Assembly (NCBI GenBank): GCA_964016885.1
Contig: OZ024744.1
Location: 63,116,001-63,180,000, forward strand
Source: Eledone cirrhosa
Taxonomy: Eukaryota
Reading direction: 5' to 3'
DNA: 64,000 nt
Part shown: positions 1 to 12,990 of the stretch, piece by piece
Numbering within the stretch: the stretch's first letter is position 1
Layout of the letters: the number at the start of each line of letters is the position of its first letter
The notes under the pieces: model-generated
Told to the model about the DNA's origin: nothing
The model's input: the letters and a program-made list of their open reading frames with translations, nothing else
Databases searched by the model: none
Position numbers and translations under genes: made by a program

Positions 1-807
1 TTATGTATTCCTTTCTAACTCTTAACGTCCTGTACCACATGAAACCACATTAGCAAGACATTCTTTAAAAATACAAAACAGCACTATGGCAGTATCATGT
101 TAAAAGTTGAAGCCTTTACTACACATTTTCACAACAATCTATTCACCAGTAAAAATACTGTAAACATTTGAATTAACAAACTACAAAAAAAAACACATTA
201 GCAAAACATTCTTGAAAAGTGCTAATAGTACTATTATATCATATAAAAAAATGTTTATACTATTTGAGAAATTTAGTTGTATTACTAAATCCCTTCAAAT
301 TCTTGATTATTTTCAAAAATATTCAAAAACCATAGGCAGTGTTTTTCATCAGAAATATGACAACGAAAGGGTTAAAGTGTTTATATCTATCTAAAAACCT
401 TTCACCATAATTTTATGTAAGAACCTTTATGTTCTGAACACTAGTTTAATGAAAAAGTTATTTATATTACTGACACTGTAAATTCTTAATTATTTTCAAA
501 ATAATTAGAAACACATAAGCAGTGTCTTTCATTAGAAACATGGTAAGAAAATATTTAATACAAAAAAAAAAAATAATAAAGATATGGAGTTATAAAATTA
601 ACTGCTACATTGTAGATTTTGAATTGAGTTTTAAATGAGAAACAATCCCATTGTATTTCAACAGATGAAATTTGGATATTACTTCACAGCCATGTGATAA
701 AGAAATTTGCTTCACAACCATATGGTTGGGGTTTGCTACCACTGCATGTCATCTTAGGCTTTGTATTGATGGTAGATGGGGACTGTTTAGAAGTTTGTCA
801 TATATAT

Positions 808-2537
808 CATCATCATCATCATCGTTTAACGTCTATCTTCCACGCTAGCATGGGTTTAGATGGGAATTGTCCCACTTGAGGCAAGATTGGTTGTCTTGCT
901 CATATAGGACTGTCTGGCAGGTTTTCTACGGCTGGATGCCCTTCCTAACACCAACCACGTTTACAGTGTGGACTGGGAGGTTTTTACCGTGTTATCTACA
1001 CGGCCACATTACAGCGTGGACTGTGTGTTTTTTTTTTGTTGTGACACCTACACGATCTCATTTATTTTGGACTGGATGTTGTGGTACCAACATAACTTTA
1101 CAGAGAAAGGGTGGTGTTGGTGGGAGTAGGAGGGTGGAGTAGGAGTAGTGGGATGGGGTGTATATTTGGTTAAGAGGTGCCTACTGACTAGGTTTCGCTT
1201 TATACATAGGCAAGGCGGGTTTTGTGTATTACTGCGTAGTGCCAAAGATCTCGGTCCAGTGACATTGTCTTAGAGAGGTGTAAGTGTGTAAGGTCGGAAT
1301 TTATTAAATCGTCCCAGGTTTTTCTGGGTCTACCTACTCCGTAGCTACCATCAATTTTGATCGCCCTGCACTTTTTTATACAGCTGTCGTCTTTCATGCG
1401 TATCACGTGACCATACCAACGTAGTCTTCTCTTGAGTAAACAGCATCTGATCCCTCTTATTCCTAATTTCTCACTTAGTTCGTTTATGCTTTGCCGTTCA
1501 CGTATATTACTATTACACATCCAGCGGAGCATGCAAGCTTCGTTTCTCTCCAGTCTGCGTATATCCTCTGCACACAATGCCCATGTCTCACTGCCATGTA
1601 ACATTGCTGTTCGTATACAGGCATCATACAATCTGCCTTTCATTTTTAGAGAGAACCCTTTAGTGGCCAATAGTGGTATAAGCTCTCTGAACTTTTTCCA
1701 TCCAGTTCTGACTCTAGCTACTGTACTTTCAGAGCACCCTCCCCCACTGCTGATTTTGTCACCCAGGTAACGGAAGGTGTCCACTATTTCTATAGAACCA
1801 TCTGTGCAATGGAATGAGCTAGTATTCTGTGGGCTCTTGCTGCTACTTATTGCACCTGAGCACCGGCTACATATAAAGTCTATGTTCTTAGATAGCTTAC
1901 CTGTGATCCCACTACATCTTTTATGTACCCATAGATTGCATTTTGGACATAAAATGGAATTTCTGCCTATGCCTATTCCTTTCCTACACACTGAGCATGG
2001 CTATTTTCCAGAGGGGACCAGTGCCCTATTTTCCTTCCTACATACTAGAACTTTAGTCTTAGACAAGTTAATTTTAAGACCTTTTGATTCTAGGCCATGC
2101 TTCCATGTTTGGAATTTCTTCTCTAGTTCAGCCATTGATTCAGCTATGAGAGTTAGATCATCTGCGTATAGGAGTTCCCATGGGAAGCCGGTCTTAAACT
2201 CCTCTGTTATAGCCTGAAGGGCAATAATAAATAGGAGGGGGTTAAGGACAGAGCCCTGATGAACACCAACTTTTACGCTAAATTCTTCACTATATTCGTT
2301 GTTAATTCTAACCTTTCTGACTGTTTCTTTATACATGGCTTGTATAGCTCTCACAAGCCATTCATCAACGCCTAGTTTTCTAAGAGCCCACCAGATAATG
2401 GAGCGGGGGACTCTGTCACAGGCTTTCTCCAAGTCAACAAAAGCTAAGTAGAGGGGTTTACTTTTAGCTAGGTACTTCTCCTGTAGTTGTCATATAAGGA
2501 AAAGAGTGTCTGTGGTACTTTTACCTGACACAAACCC
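808..2537 (-). mobile_element. RTE-clade LINE, family B, 5'-truncated (RT, PHD finger, 3'UTR, (GAT)n tail)
   Basis: ORFs 2001-2432 and 1200-1991 give QGSVL.P, YADD, a C4HC3 finger, YLG and [12 protein letters not shown]. (CAT)n at 808 and short (TA)n on both sides. Confidence 0.95.
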
Positions 2538-3074
2538 ATATATATATATATATATATACACACTATTAGAAATACTGCTCTTCCGGCTGTTTTCTGTTGG
2601 TATAAATATGTGTGTTTTGTAATATATCTCTATCAAATGTACTAAAAGATAAAACTACATTTTTGACATGCAGATAAGTTAAATTTGCACTAACATATTT
2701 CATCTTGCAGTTTATTTTATTTAATGCGATAGCATTTATTCTGTATTATTTAAATTTTTGTGATGGCGAACAATACTAACGTGTAACATAATTCATTTTG
2801 GAGTTTATTTACTATAATACTTAGGTGCATTACTTATATTTGCTGAAACTAGCAATCCATTGGGACACATGCATAGAAAAGTGCAGGATGGAAACAATTA
2901 CTGCTTAGTTCCATCTAGATATATTTCTTTATCCTCAGATAGAAATAATAAACTAAAACATCTTGAAGATGGTTACCCTGTATCCTGAAAGATAGAAGTG
3001 TAATGACTCTAATCTATAAAAGAATAGAAAAATTATCAATTCAGTAGGCATTTTATTTATTGTTAGCTAGCCCC

Positions 3075-3547
3075 ATTTACATAATATAAAAAAGGGATGT
3101 TTGTTGGTTGGTTGGTTCCTTCGTGCTCACTCACACAAGTGATACAAACACACAGCCAATGTGTGTAGCAAATTCACTACACATACACAAGTGTGATGAA
3201 TCTTAGAACTCTGGACTTCTATAGTTTCTCACTACTTGCCTCCTTCCTCAATCAAATAGATGTGTGTATGAAATAATTATTTTTTCTAAGTGTCTGTTTA
3301 TATAAATGTATGTGTAGATTCGTGTGTGTTTGTAATTCAATTGTCTATGTATCTTTCTAAATAAACACACAAACACATATACACTAACTCAAATATATAT
3401 AAATATAATTTACATAAACACATATACACACACAGTCACATAATCCTAACAGCCAATGTGTGTAGCCAATTCGCTATACATATACACACATAGGTAGCGA
3501 ATGTTGGATGCTGCTTAGACACCCCTTCCTTCCTCAGTCATCTCTAG
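3075..3547 (+). mobile_element. Possible non-autonomous Helitron-like element with an internal duplication
   Basis: Starts ...TACATAATATAAAAAGG-(GTTG)n, contains two copies of ACAGCCAATGTGTGTAGC.AATTC.CTA, and ends in CTAG. Confidence 0.3.
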
Positions 3548-3660
3548 TGCATGACTGTCAAATATACATTGGCTTTTATATTAGATTTTTTTTCTAAGAT
3601 ATCTAAAATGAAAAACAAAAACAGCAAAAGAAAATTAATGTTTACATTTTTTTTTTTCAG

Positions 3661-4385
3661 CTCATAAAGCAAGGAAAATGCCGACAGTATCTACAAATAA
3701 TGAAAATTCTTGTGATGCTGCTTTTGTACAGTCACCAAAATTGTCCTCTGAAAATGCCAAAGATGATGGCATCCTTTCGGGTTCATTTATAAAAGAATCT
3801 GATGGTCCTGTAACAGTTTCAGGAACAACTGATTTTACTGATGTTAGCTCTGACAATGCAATGTTTCCAGACACGATGATGTCATCGCACAATAGCAATG
3901 TCTCTGAAAATTCTAGTCAACCATCTTTGAATTCTGCAGAAGGCAAAACACTAGAAATGTCTCCGCAAGTGTCTGAGAAGAATGATGAAAATAAATCTGT
4001 TGTAACGTCTTGTAACACATTAAACACTATGACGGTCACGTCAAGCAGTTCATCTGTGGTCCCTACGAACACGACAGACATTGGGGCTTCTGAAGATTTA
4101 GAAAAAATAAAAATAAAACTTTTGGAACAATCTAAAAAAGGCTGGACAATGAAAGAAGCTGAGAATTTAACAGTTGCTCAGCTTTTTCTTATTTTTGGCA
4201 AGGATGGACCAATAAGACTTGAATATGATTGGTCAAAGACATCTCCAGATTCTAAAGATGAATTATATGAATCTTATACAATCATCAACAGACTGCGAAG
4301 ACTTGTACATTTGGCAACAATGGAATTCACAGATTATGTTAAAGTGAAAGCACCCAAAGCAAATGAAAAGCTAAAAAGTGGAAAG
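3661..4385 (+). CDS. CRAMP1: CRAMP1/cramped-like protein, first coding exon visible in this window (gene is 5'-incomplete here)
   Basis: Acceptor (T)n-CAG ends at 3660 and donor is AAG|GTAGA at 4386. The exon enters in phase 1 and is open throughout. It contains KGWT..LTVAQLFLIFGKDGPIRLEYDW, which I recognise as the cramped-family 'L.L..G....LEYDW' motif. Confidence 0.85.
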
Positions 4386-4470
4386 GTAGAACTATTATTT
4401 TATTTCTCAAGATTACATTTTTTAAATTTTTTTTTAGGAAATATTTTCAAGTATATTTCTCATTTTTTAG

Positions 4471-4692
4471 GCAAACAGTGGTGGTTGTGACATTTGTGAA
4501 GCTTGTGGGAAATTATTAAACCCTTCTGATGCAAAAAATAATTCCAAGTTTGTGAACAAAAACATTAATAGGAACACTTATCTTCAAAATAATACCAAAA
4601 ATGGTGCAATCTACAAGGAATCTTGCGGCAATTCTGAAAATACAGTGAAACGTTCACAAGAGAAAAAGGAACAAAAACCCAAAGAAAAGACT
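4471..4692 (+). CDS. CRAMP1: CRAMP1-like coding exon (ANSGGCDICEAC...KPKEKT)
   Basis: TTTTTTAG acceptor, ACT|GTATGT donor, 222 nt, phase 0-0, no stops, in frame with neighbours. Confidence 0.8.
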
Positions 4693-5550
4693 GTATGTAT
4701 TTGTGTAATTATAAATTTATTCAGTATTAATTATATCTAGTTTAATTTAGCTGACCTTTTTACTAGTGACTAGTTGAAAGTTGATCAACTTTTAATTTTT
4801 TCATATTATCCCTATTTTTACTCTGCTCTATGAACCCAGTTTAGAATAAATACACTGTATTTTTGTATGTTGTAAGAAATATGTTTATACACATCAGACG
4901 CAACAACCTCTCTAGTGTTGGTGACCTACACAATAAACACACTCAGTACATGCTGTAAAGTGTTTGGTGATAGGAAGGGCACCCAGCCATAGAAAACTTG
5001 CCAAAGAAAGGGTTGGGAGGATCCTTTAGTTATGTTAAAAATATGACAGCCTCCCTAGTACTGGTAATCAACACAATAAAAGCACCCAGTGCATGGTGTA
5101 AAATGGTTGGTCTTAGGAAGGGCATCCAGCTTTAGAAAGTTTACCAAACAAGGGGTTAGGAGAATCCTTCAGTTTGTATCAAAAGACACTTCTCTGTACT
5201 CGATAATGACCATATGTAAGCAGGATACAGACCTCCCCGGTCTGTCTGAGACGTCGGTGGCTCTGCTTCAATACTGACTTGGGCTATGTAGACCCATCCA
5301 ACCCTTAAATGATGATAATGATGATTTACTGTATATAACCAGTTTAGAATATGTATGTTGTATATCTGTGTGTTGCAAGAAGGACTCTGGCTGTAAAAAA
5401 TGCCTCAAAAAGGGGCCCCATGATGAGTATGAAGCTTGTCAGACTAACTCCTGCTTTTGCAGGGGAGGTGGCATTATAACATGTGTAGTTGTATTCCTAA
5501 TTATATTCTGTAAATTAGTAAAATACTTTTAGCAACTTTTTAAAATTTAA

Positions 5551-5747
5551 TCCTTTAGCATTTAAACTGGCCGTATCGGGCCAGAATTCTCTTTCCTTTT
5601 TCTGTTGAAAACAGCTATAGCCAGCCATTCATACTGATGTTACGGTATTGTTCTCAAAATAAATATCATAGATTCGATATTATGTGAGTTAAAGTGTATA
5701 CCATGAAAATATAATAGTAAATATAGAGTAATGTAAATGCTAAAGGA
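5551..5747. mobile_element. piggyBac-type MITE
   Basis: Perfect 14-bp TIRs (TCCTTTAGCATTTA 5551-5564 and TAAATGCTAAAGGA 5734-5747) with TTAA on both sides. Confidence 0.85.
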
Positions 5748-5840
5748 TTAATTTTTTCTTTCTTTCATTCTTTTTATTTTTTTTATTTTTTGGTACCTCC
5801 ACAATCCAATTCTTGTATTATCAATGTGGTTCCAACATAG

Positions 5841-5933
5841 GATGATTCTGAACGTGTTGATGGAGTTTTTCGTGTCCCTGTGATACCAGGAAAAGGCCCA
5901 CTGCCTCAAACACTTGTTACAAATGAATACATA
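5841..5933 (+). CDS. CRAMP1: CRAMP1-like coding exon (DDSERVDGVFRVP...NEYI)
   Basis: Long pyrimidine tract then CATAG acceptor, ATA|GTGAGT donor, 93 nt, phase 0-0. Confidence 0.75.
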
Positions 5934-6029
5934 GTGAGTACTCTTCATTCTCTTTTGGCTTCACTGTTGTTTTAATACTGTTAAAATTTTAATATACAGT
6001 TTCCTTTTTTTTATTTTATAAACATAAAA

Positions 6030-6710
6030 GGGTAGTGGTTTAGTAGAGTTGTTAGAATGCTTTACGTTATTTGTTCCAGCTCTATACGATCAAAGTAAAG
6101 ATTCTACTGAGGTTAGTTTTGCCTTTCAGCTCTTAAAACAAAACACCAGTCAAATACTGGATGTTCATACTGACTATACAATTTGAAACCTTGTGTGTAT
6201 GTAAGAAATTGCAGATTGGCAGTATCGGTAGAGCGTCAAACAACATACTTTGCGACATAGAGTTATGGCTCTTTATGTTCTGATTTTAAATCCTGCAGAA
6301 GTTAACTTTGGCTTTCATTCTTACGGGGTCAATAAAATAAAGCACCGGTAATGCACTGGGGTCAATTTAATTAACTTCCCCTTCCCTCGAAATTGTTAGC
6401 CTTATGCTTAAATCTATAAACTACAAATTTCTGGGGTCAATAAAATAAAATGGTAGTCAATTACTGGGGTTGATTTAATCAAATTTTCTCTTCTCCCAAA
6501 TTTACTGGCTTTGTGCCTAAATCAGAAATCATCACTATAAATTACAAAAGTGAGGTGGGGTTTTTGTTGTTTACCTTTATGTTCTAAGTTCCAATCCCCT
6601 TCATTCTTCCAAGGTTGATAAAATAGGTATCACTTAAGTTTTGAGCCCGATCTAATTGAGTATATAGATATCCTAAATTTGAGGTGTTGTGCCTCTATTA
6701 GGAATCAATA
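6030..6710 (+). mobile_element. Head-to-tail cluster of degenerate tRNA-derived SINEs with a Deu/Nin-like core
   Basis: Repeated ACTTTG.CTTTCAT.C...GGGGTC.ATAAAATAAAG.ACC.G core and ...GGCCTTGTGCC.AAAT.AGAAA tail. The same family occurs at 19403-19590 and 44975-45550. Confidence 0.7.
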
Positions 6711-7048
6711 TTCATAACTATTAAATCATTTGAATTATCAAAATATTAACCATTTTGATACCAAATTACAGCTGGTTTTACAATACAAAACTATTTTAAC
6801 TTGTTTATGTTTATCTAATAAAAATCTTTTTTTTATATAATAACTTTTGTAATGTTGTACCAAACACCAGCTTAATAATGAGAAACTTATATTATTAAAT
6901 CTCTCCAAATTCTTGATCATTTTCAAATTATTTGAAAATGAAAGACGTTGTCTTTTATTAGAGATCTTGTAAGGAAAGGGCTAATACTTCCCCATTATCC
7001 ATGTAAAGTAAAATATTTTACTGAAGTTTGTTTCTATTTGATTTGTAG

Positions 7049-7445
7049 AATAAATACAGACCAACGAGATATCGTAGAAAATTGCTTCGTAGTGCACAAA
7101 AACCAGTATTCTTTCAACGGACTCTTCTTCCAAAAGAAAACCCTCATATGATGACACTGACATTGTTGCCAAGTGCAACACCTGTTACTGTTGATGCCTC
7201 ATTCCTTCCTGTAAATGATCGGACTAGTGCTGTGATGCCTGCTAGGAATGTATCTTCTTTTTCTAATACTTACACTACTCAGGTATTAACACAGCCAATT
7301 GTAAGTGCCCTCTCTGTACACAATCAAAACAGTCCTGTGATAATGCAAGGAACAGTACAAACTTCAGTCGGACTAGCTGCATCTAATTCTTCTACAGCTT
7401 CTATATCCACTCCAACTGCCGTAGTAACCAATTCATTCAACACAG
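7049..7445 (+). CDS. CRAMP1: CRAMP1-like coding exon (NKYRPTRYRRKLLRSAQKPVFFQRTLLPK...)
   Basis: TTTGTAG acceptor, CAG|GTAAAA donor, 397 nt, phase 0-1. The basic patch followed by QRTLLP resembles vertebrate CRAMP1. Confidence 0.85.
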
Positions 7446-7786
7446 GTAAAAATGATATTCTTTTCTTATTTTTAAAATCTATTTTATTTTATATAAAATG
7501 TCTTTGCAACTACCCTGTACACTCATCAATATATAAATTTCTGCAATTCTGTCACAACACGTAAAAAGAGTACCTCATACTACTCCTTTCTCTTCACATC
7601 TTTCACGCAGGCAGCAGACATAAAGAGAGAGGAGTAATGAGGTAGTCAAACTACTCCTCTCTCTTTATTTGTTGTGACAAAATCACATTGTAAATGTATG
7701 TGTGTGTGTGTGAAAGTATGTCTGAGAGTGTATTTTTGTAAGTGAATCTTTGTTTGCACATTTATATTTATATACACATATATATG

Positions 7787-9370
7787 AGGCACCACTGATG
7801 CCATCTTCCTTGTGAGGCAGTTACAGGAAAAGTACCTAGCTAAAAGTAAGCCACTCTACCTGGCATTCGTCGATCTCGAGAAAGCCTTTGACAGAGTTCC
7901 ACATGTTATAATCTGGTGGGCTCTTAGAAAACTAGGAGTAGATGAATGACTTGTGAAAGCTGTACAAGCCATGTATAGGGGAGCAGTCAGCAAAGTTAGG
8001 ATTAGCAATGAGTATAGCGAGGAATTTAGCGTAGCCCTCTCCTGTTCATCAAAGTCCTGCAGGCAATAACGGAGGAGTTTAAGACCGGATGCCCATGGGA
8101 ACTCCTGTATGCAGATGACCTCGCACTTATAGCTGAATCTATGGTAGAACTAAAGAAATTCCAAACTTGGAAGCAGGGACTAGAAAGAAAGGGTCTCAAA
8201 GTCAACCTGACAAAGACTAAGGTCCTTGTAAGTAGACGAGAAAACAGAACCCCGATCCCCTCAGGGAAATGGCCTTGCTCAGTATGTAGGAAAGGTGTAG
8301 GTAGGAACTCCATTCTCTGCCCCAAATGCAAACAATGGGTACACAAGAGATGTAGCGGGATCTCAGGAAGCTTAAGTAAGAATGTAAGCTTCACATGTAG
8401 CAGCTGTGCTGGGACAGCAAGCAGCAAACAGCCAGAGGAAACAAGTACCACCAATCTCTGGGAGGGCTCTGTAGAAACAGTAGACAGCTTCTGCTACCTA
8501 GGTGACCGAATTAGCAGCGGAGGTGGGTGTTCAGAAAGAACAATAACTAGGATAAGAACGGGATGGAAGAAGTTCAGGGAACTACTGCCACTGCTAGTTG
8601 CAAAAGGCTTTTCCCTCAAAATGAAAGGCAGACTGTATGATGCGTGTATCCGAACAGCAATGTTACATGGTAGTGAGACCTGGGCGCTGAAGGTGGAAGA
8701 CTTACGTAGATTAGAAAGAAACGAAGCCTGCATGCTCCGATGGATGTGTAATAGTAATATACGCGAACGGCAAAGCATAAATGAATTGAGAGAGAGACTG
8801 AGCATAAGAGGAATCAAATGCTGTGTGCAGGAGAGGCGGTTGCGTTGGTATGGACATGTGATGCGTATGAAGGATGACAGCTGCATAAAAAGGTGCAGAG
8901 CACTAGAAGTCAATGGAAACCGCGGAGTGGTGAGACCCAAGAAGACCTGGGATGAGGTGATAAAAGCCGACCTTACCCAATTACACTTCTCAAAGGCGAT
9001 GACACGACCGTGACCTCTGGCGTCACGCAGTAATACAGAGTACCCGACCTCCTATATGTACAAGCCGAAGCTGAGGCATATAGATAATATGCCCTTCCAC
9101 CCTCCCACTGCTAAGTGGTCGTGGAGGTACCACGGCAAAAAAGCACCCAGCCCACACTGTAAAGTGGACGTGTAGGCGCCATGGAAAAAAAGCACCCAGC
9201 ACTCACTGTAAATGAGGTTGGTGTTAGGAAGGGCATCCAGCTGTAGAAATCAAGCCAAATCAGTTCCTGTATAAGCAAGACAAGGTCAGCCGACCAGACA
9301 CTGCCCACAACAGGACAACCCGTCTAACCCATGCTAGCGTGGAAGAGCGGACGTAAAACGGTGATGATGA
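7787..9370 (+). mobile_element. RTE-clade LINE, family A, 5'-truncated, with small deletions
   Basis: [14 protein letters not shown] and ORF 8141-9013 with the PHD finger. The 3'UTR ends CCATGCTAGCGTGG...GTGATGATGA. Confidence 0.95.
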
Positions 9371-9949
9371 TATAAATGTATGCATATGCACATACACGCA
9401 CACAGATATACACATATGCAGAAAAAGATTCTAGTTATAACACTGGTATATGTGATAAGACATGCACTTTTTACATACAACATATACACTGTATCATATT
9501 TTGTATTATGGTTTTGTAGGTCATATTCTGTTCTTGTTTTGCATTGTATTTTTGTTGAAAAAATGTGGCTATACTTGTTTGTGTGTGTGTGTATAAATAT
9601 GACCCATTCAAACATGGAAAACACAAAATGATGATGGTAAAATCATATAAATTGCACAATAGGTTTCCATGTCATTTTTCTTGCAACAAAATGTATGATT
9701 TATTCATGGATGTGTGTATATGTATATATGTATATATTTTTAAATATAGTATGCATAGCATGGTCCTGTAAATCGTGATGGAGTCGTAAGGGTGCCTTAG
9801 TGACATACAGCGTTTCTTTGGCATTTTAAGTCTGGTGGAGCCCATCTCCCCCCAGTTCTGATTGCATTAGATTTCTTCCCACAAAGCATTCTATCCAACA
9901 TTCAAACGACTCTGCCAATTCACCACCATGTGTGTGTGTGTGAGAAACA

Positions 9950-11400
9950 AGATGCTCTTGGGAACTCTTGTATGCAGATGTAGAAAGGAAAACAAGACCC
10001 TGATATCTTCAGGGAAATGTCCCTGCTCAGTGTGTAAGAATGGGATGGGTAGAAATTCCATCCTTTATCCCAAATGCAAAATATGGGTACACAAGAAATA
10101 TAGCTAAGGTTTTAAATGTAGTCGTTGCACAGGAGCAGTAAGCAACAATTGTTCACAGGAAATAAGTTCTACCAAATCCTAAGAGGGTTTTGTAGAAGCA
10201 GTTGACAGCTTCTGTTATTAGGGTGACCAAATAACAAGAGGCAGTGGGTGTTCTGAAAGTACTGTAGCCAGAGTGAGATGGGATGGAAAAAGTTCAGGGA
10301 GTTACTACCATTGCTATCTATTAAAGTTTTTTTTCCTCAAAATGAAGGGCAAGTTATATGATGTCTGTATATGAACAGCAATGCTGGTAGGGAGGTCTGG
10401 ATGCTGTGTGCAGAGGACCTATGAAGACTGGAAAGAAATGAAACCTGCATGCTTCATGAATGTGTAATAGTAATATACATGCATGGCAAAGTGTAAATGA
10501 AATGAGGGAGGAACTGGGCATAAGAGGGGGTCAGATCTGATGTGCAAGAGAGGAGATTGTGGTGGTATAGACATGTGATAGGTATGGAGGATGATAACTG
10601 CGTAAAAAAGTGTAGCGGTCTCAAAGTCGATGGAAGCTATGTAGTAGGAAGACCTAGGAAAGATTGGGATGAGATGATAAAAGCTGACATTGCAAATTGC
10701 ACCTCTCAAAGGCAATGACACAAGATCGAGATCTCTGGTGTGATGCAGTACTGCAGACGACTCACCTTCCCATGTGCACGGGTTGAAGCAAACATCTAGT
10801 GGTCTCTAGCATGCACCATTTCTCCCACATCCTAACATTCCACCCTTCACCAGCAAAGTACCCACCCCTCAGACCTGCTACTCCAGTCCCCACCCTACAT
10901 ACATGCACTACACCCAGTCTACACTGTAAAGTGATTGTGTTGGTGACATGGCCAAAAGCACTGAGTCCACACTGTAAAATGGTCATGTTAGTGACATAAC
11001 AAGAAGCGCCAGTCCACACTGTAAATGTGGTTGATGTTGGGAAGGGCATCTAGCTGTAGAAACCAAACCAGAAATGGCTAAAAGCTCACAGTCCACTCTG
11101 TAAGGTGCTCATCTAGTAATGTGACAAAAGAGCTCCTAGTCCACCCTGTAATGTGGTCATGCTGGTGACACGACAAAAAGCACCCAGTCCACCCTCCCCA
11201 ATCTTAAACCCCACCACCAGCTAAATATCCCACTCACACCATCCATGTCTAACTTCTAAACATGTTCCCCTCCCTCCCAAACCCCACCTATACTCTTGAT
11301 ACACCTCTTTTGTCCTATCAGACCCATGCATACAAGCATGGAAAGTTGGACACACTCCATATCTGCTCTCTCACAAAGCACTTGGTCTACTCTATATGGT
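9950..11400 (+). mobile_element. Old degenerate RTE copy with expanded 3'UTR sub-repeats
   Basis: Frame-broken homology to families A/B, GGAAGGGCATC core near 11040, and several CCCAGTCCACACTGTAA units. Confidence 0.8.
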
Positions 11401-11419
11401 GATAAGGCTGGTTCCACAA

Positions 11420-12655
11420 CAAAAACACCCAGTCAACTCTGGAAGGTGGTCATATTGCATAACACCAGATATCTCAATCCTGTCATCAACTTTGAGAGGT
11501 TTAATTGTGCAAGGTCAGCTTTTATCACTTCATCCCAAGTCTTCCTAGATTTTCCTCTACCATAGTTCCCTTCAACTTTGAACGCCCTGTACCTTTTTAT
11601 ACAGCTGACATTCTCCATACACATCGTATGTCCATACCACCACAATCTCCTATCCTGCACACTGCATCTGATGATTCATATATATATTACTATTGCACAT
11701 CCATTGGAACATGGAAGCTTCATTTCTTTCCACATAGTGCCCAGGTTTCACTTCCATGCAGCATTGCTTTTCGTACACATGCATCTTACAATCTGCCCTC
11801 TTTTTTGAGGGGAAAAAATCTTTTGTAGCTAGCAGCAGTAGTAACACTCTGAACTTTTACCATCCCATCTCACTCTGGCAACTGTACTTTCAGAACACCT
11901 ATGTCCACTGTCAATTTGATCATCCAGGTAACAGAAGCTGTCAACTACTACAAAACCCTCTAAGAATTTGCTAGGGCTTGTTTCCTGTGACCACTTGCTG
12001 CTTACTGCTCTTGTGCTTTGACTATATCTAAAACCTATGTTCTTTGTTAGCCTGCCTAAGATCCCACTACATCTCTTGTGTACCCATAGTTTACATTTGA
12101 GACAAAGGATGGAATTTTTACCCACTCCTTTCCTACTCACTGAGCAAGACAATTTCCCTGAAGGGATCAAAGCATTGTTTTCCTTTGTAGTTACTAAGAC
12201 TTTAGTCTAGCCAAGTCAACTTTAAGACCTTTTGATTCTAAGTTATGCTTCAGGGTTTGGAATTTTTTCTCCACTTCTGCCATAGATTCAGCTATGAGAG
12301 TTATATCATCAACATATAGAAGTTCCTATGGGCAGCCTGTTTTAAACTCTTCTGTTATAGCCTGGAGGATGATAATAAACAGGAGGTGGCTAAGTACAGA
12401 GTCCTGGTGAACCCCCACTTACACACTAAACTCCTCACCATAGTCATTATTAATTTTAACCTTGCTGACTATTCCTCTGTATATGGCTTGTATTGCCTTC
12501 ACAAACCACCTAACCACCTAACTACCTCTGATTTCTTAAGCACCCACCAGATTACGGCACAGGGATTCTGTCAAATGCTTTCTCTGGGTCAAAAATGGCA
12601 AGTAGAGGTGGGTGGGGGCTTGCTTTTAGATAGGTATTTCTCCTGCAGTTGGATC
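11420..12655 (-). mobile_element. Old degenerate RTE copy, tail-to-tail with the previous copy
   Basis: ORF remnants 11829-12170 (PSGK..CSV.RKGVGKNSILC) and 11433-11660 (RRL.WYGH...RKTW). Confidence 0.85.
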
Positions 12656-12669
12656 ACAAACCACCAAAA

Positions 12670-12990
12670 TATAAATATATTCGAACATTTTCATCAACGG
12701 TGACTACACTGAATACTTGGCATCCATTGGCAAACACATATGAGTAATGTTGAAGAGCTGGAACAAAGTCATTTTGAAAGTAATTAAATCTCTCATAATA
12801 CCATATAGACTGCACAGGAGCGGCCATGTTATAAAAATGCCAGATCATTGTATTCTTAAGCAGTTTCTGTATGGAGAGTTAGTCAAAGGTAAACCTCAGG
12901 TTTAAAGACTGATTTTTTTTTTTTACTATCAAACTCTTGACGCAGAGAAGATAATTGGGAAGACATTGTCTTAGATCAATCATCTGGAAA
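12670..12990 (+). mobile_element. Degenerate BovB-like RTE fragment
   Basis: Translates to EHFHQR..ILGIHWQ and QFLYGELVKGK, typical BovB-like C-terminal motifs. Confidence 0.6.

Noticed and set aside
1432-2217. Recurrent antisense ORFs and 3'UTR ORFs (e.g. [12 protein letters not shown]...) in RTE copies
   Set aside because: They recur only because the copies are similar. Starts and lengths vary and there is no recognisable domain.
4386-4490. C-terminal extension of ORF 3678-4490 and of other exon ORFs
   Set aside because: Read-through into introns past clear GT donors.
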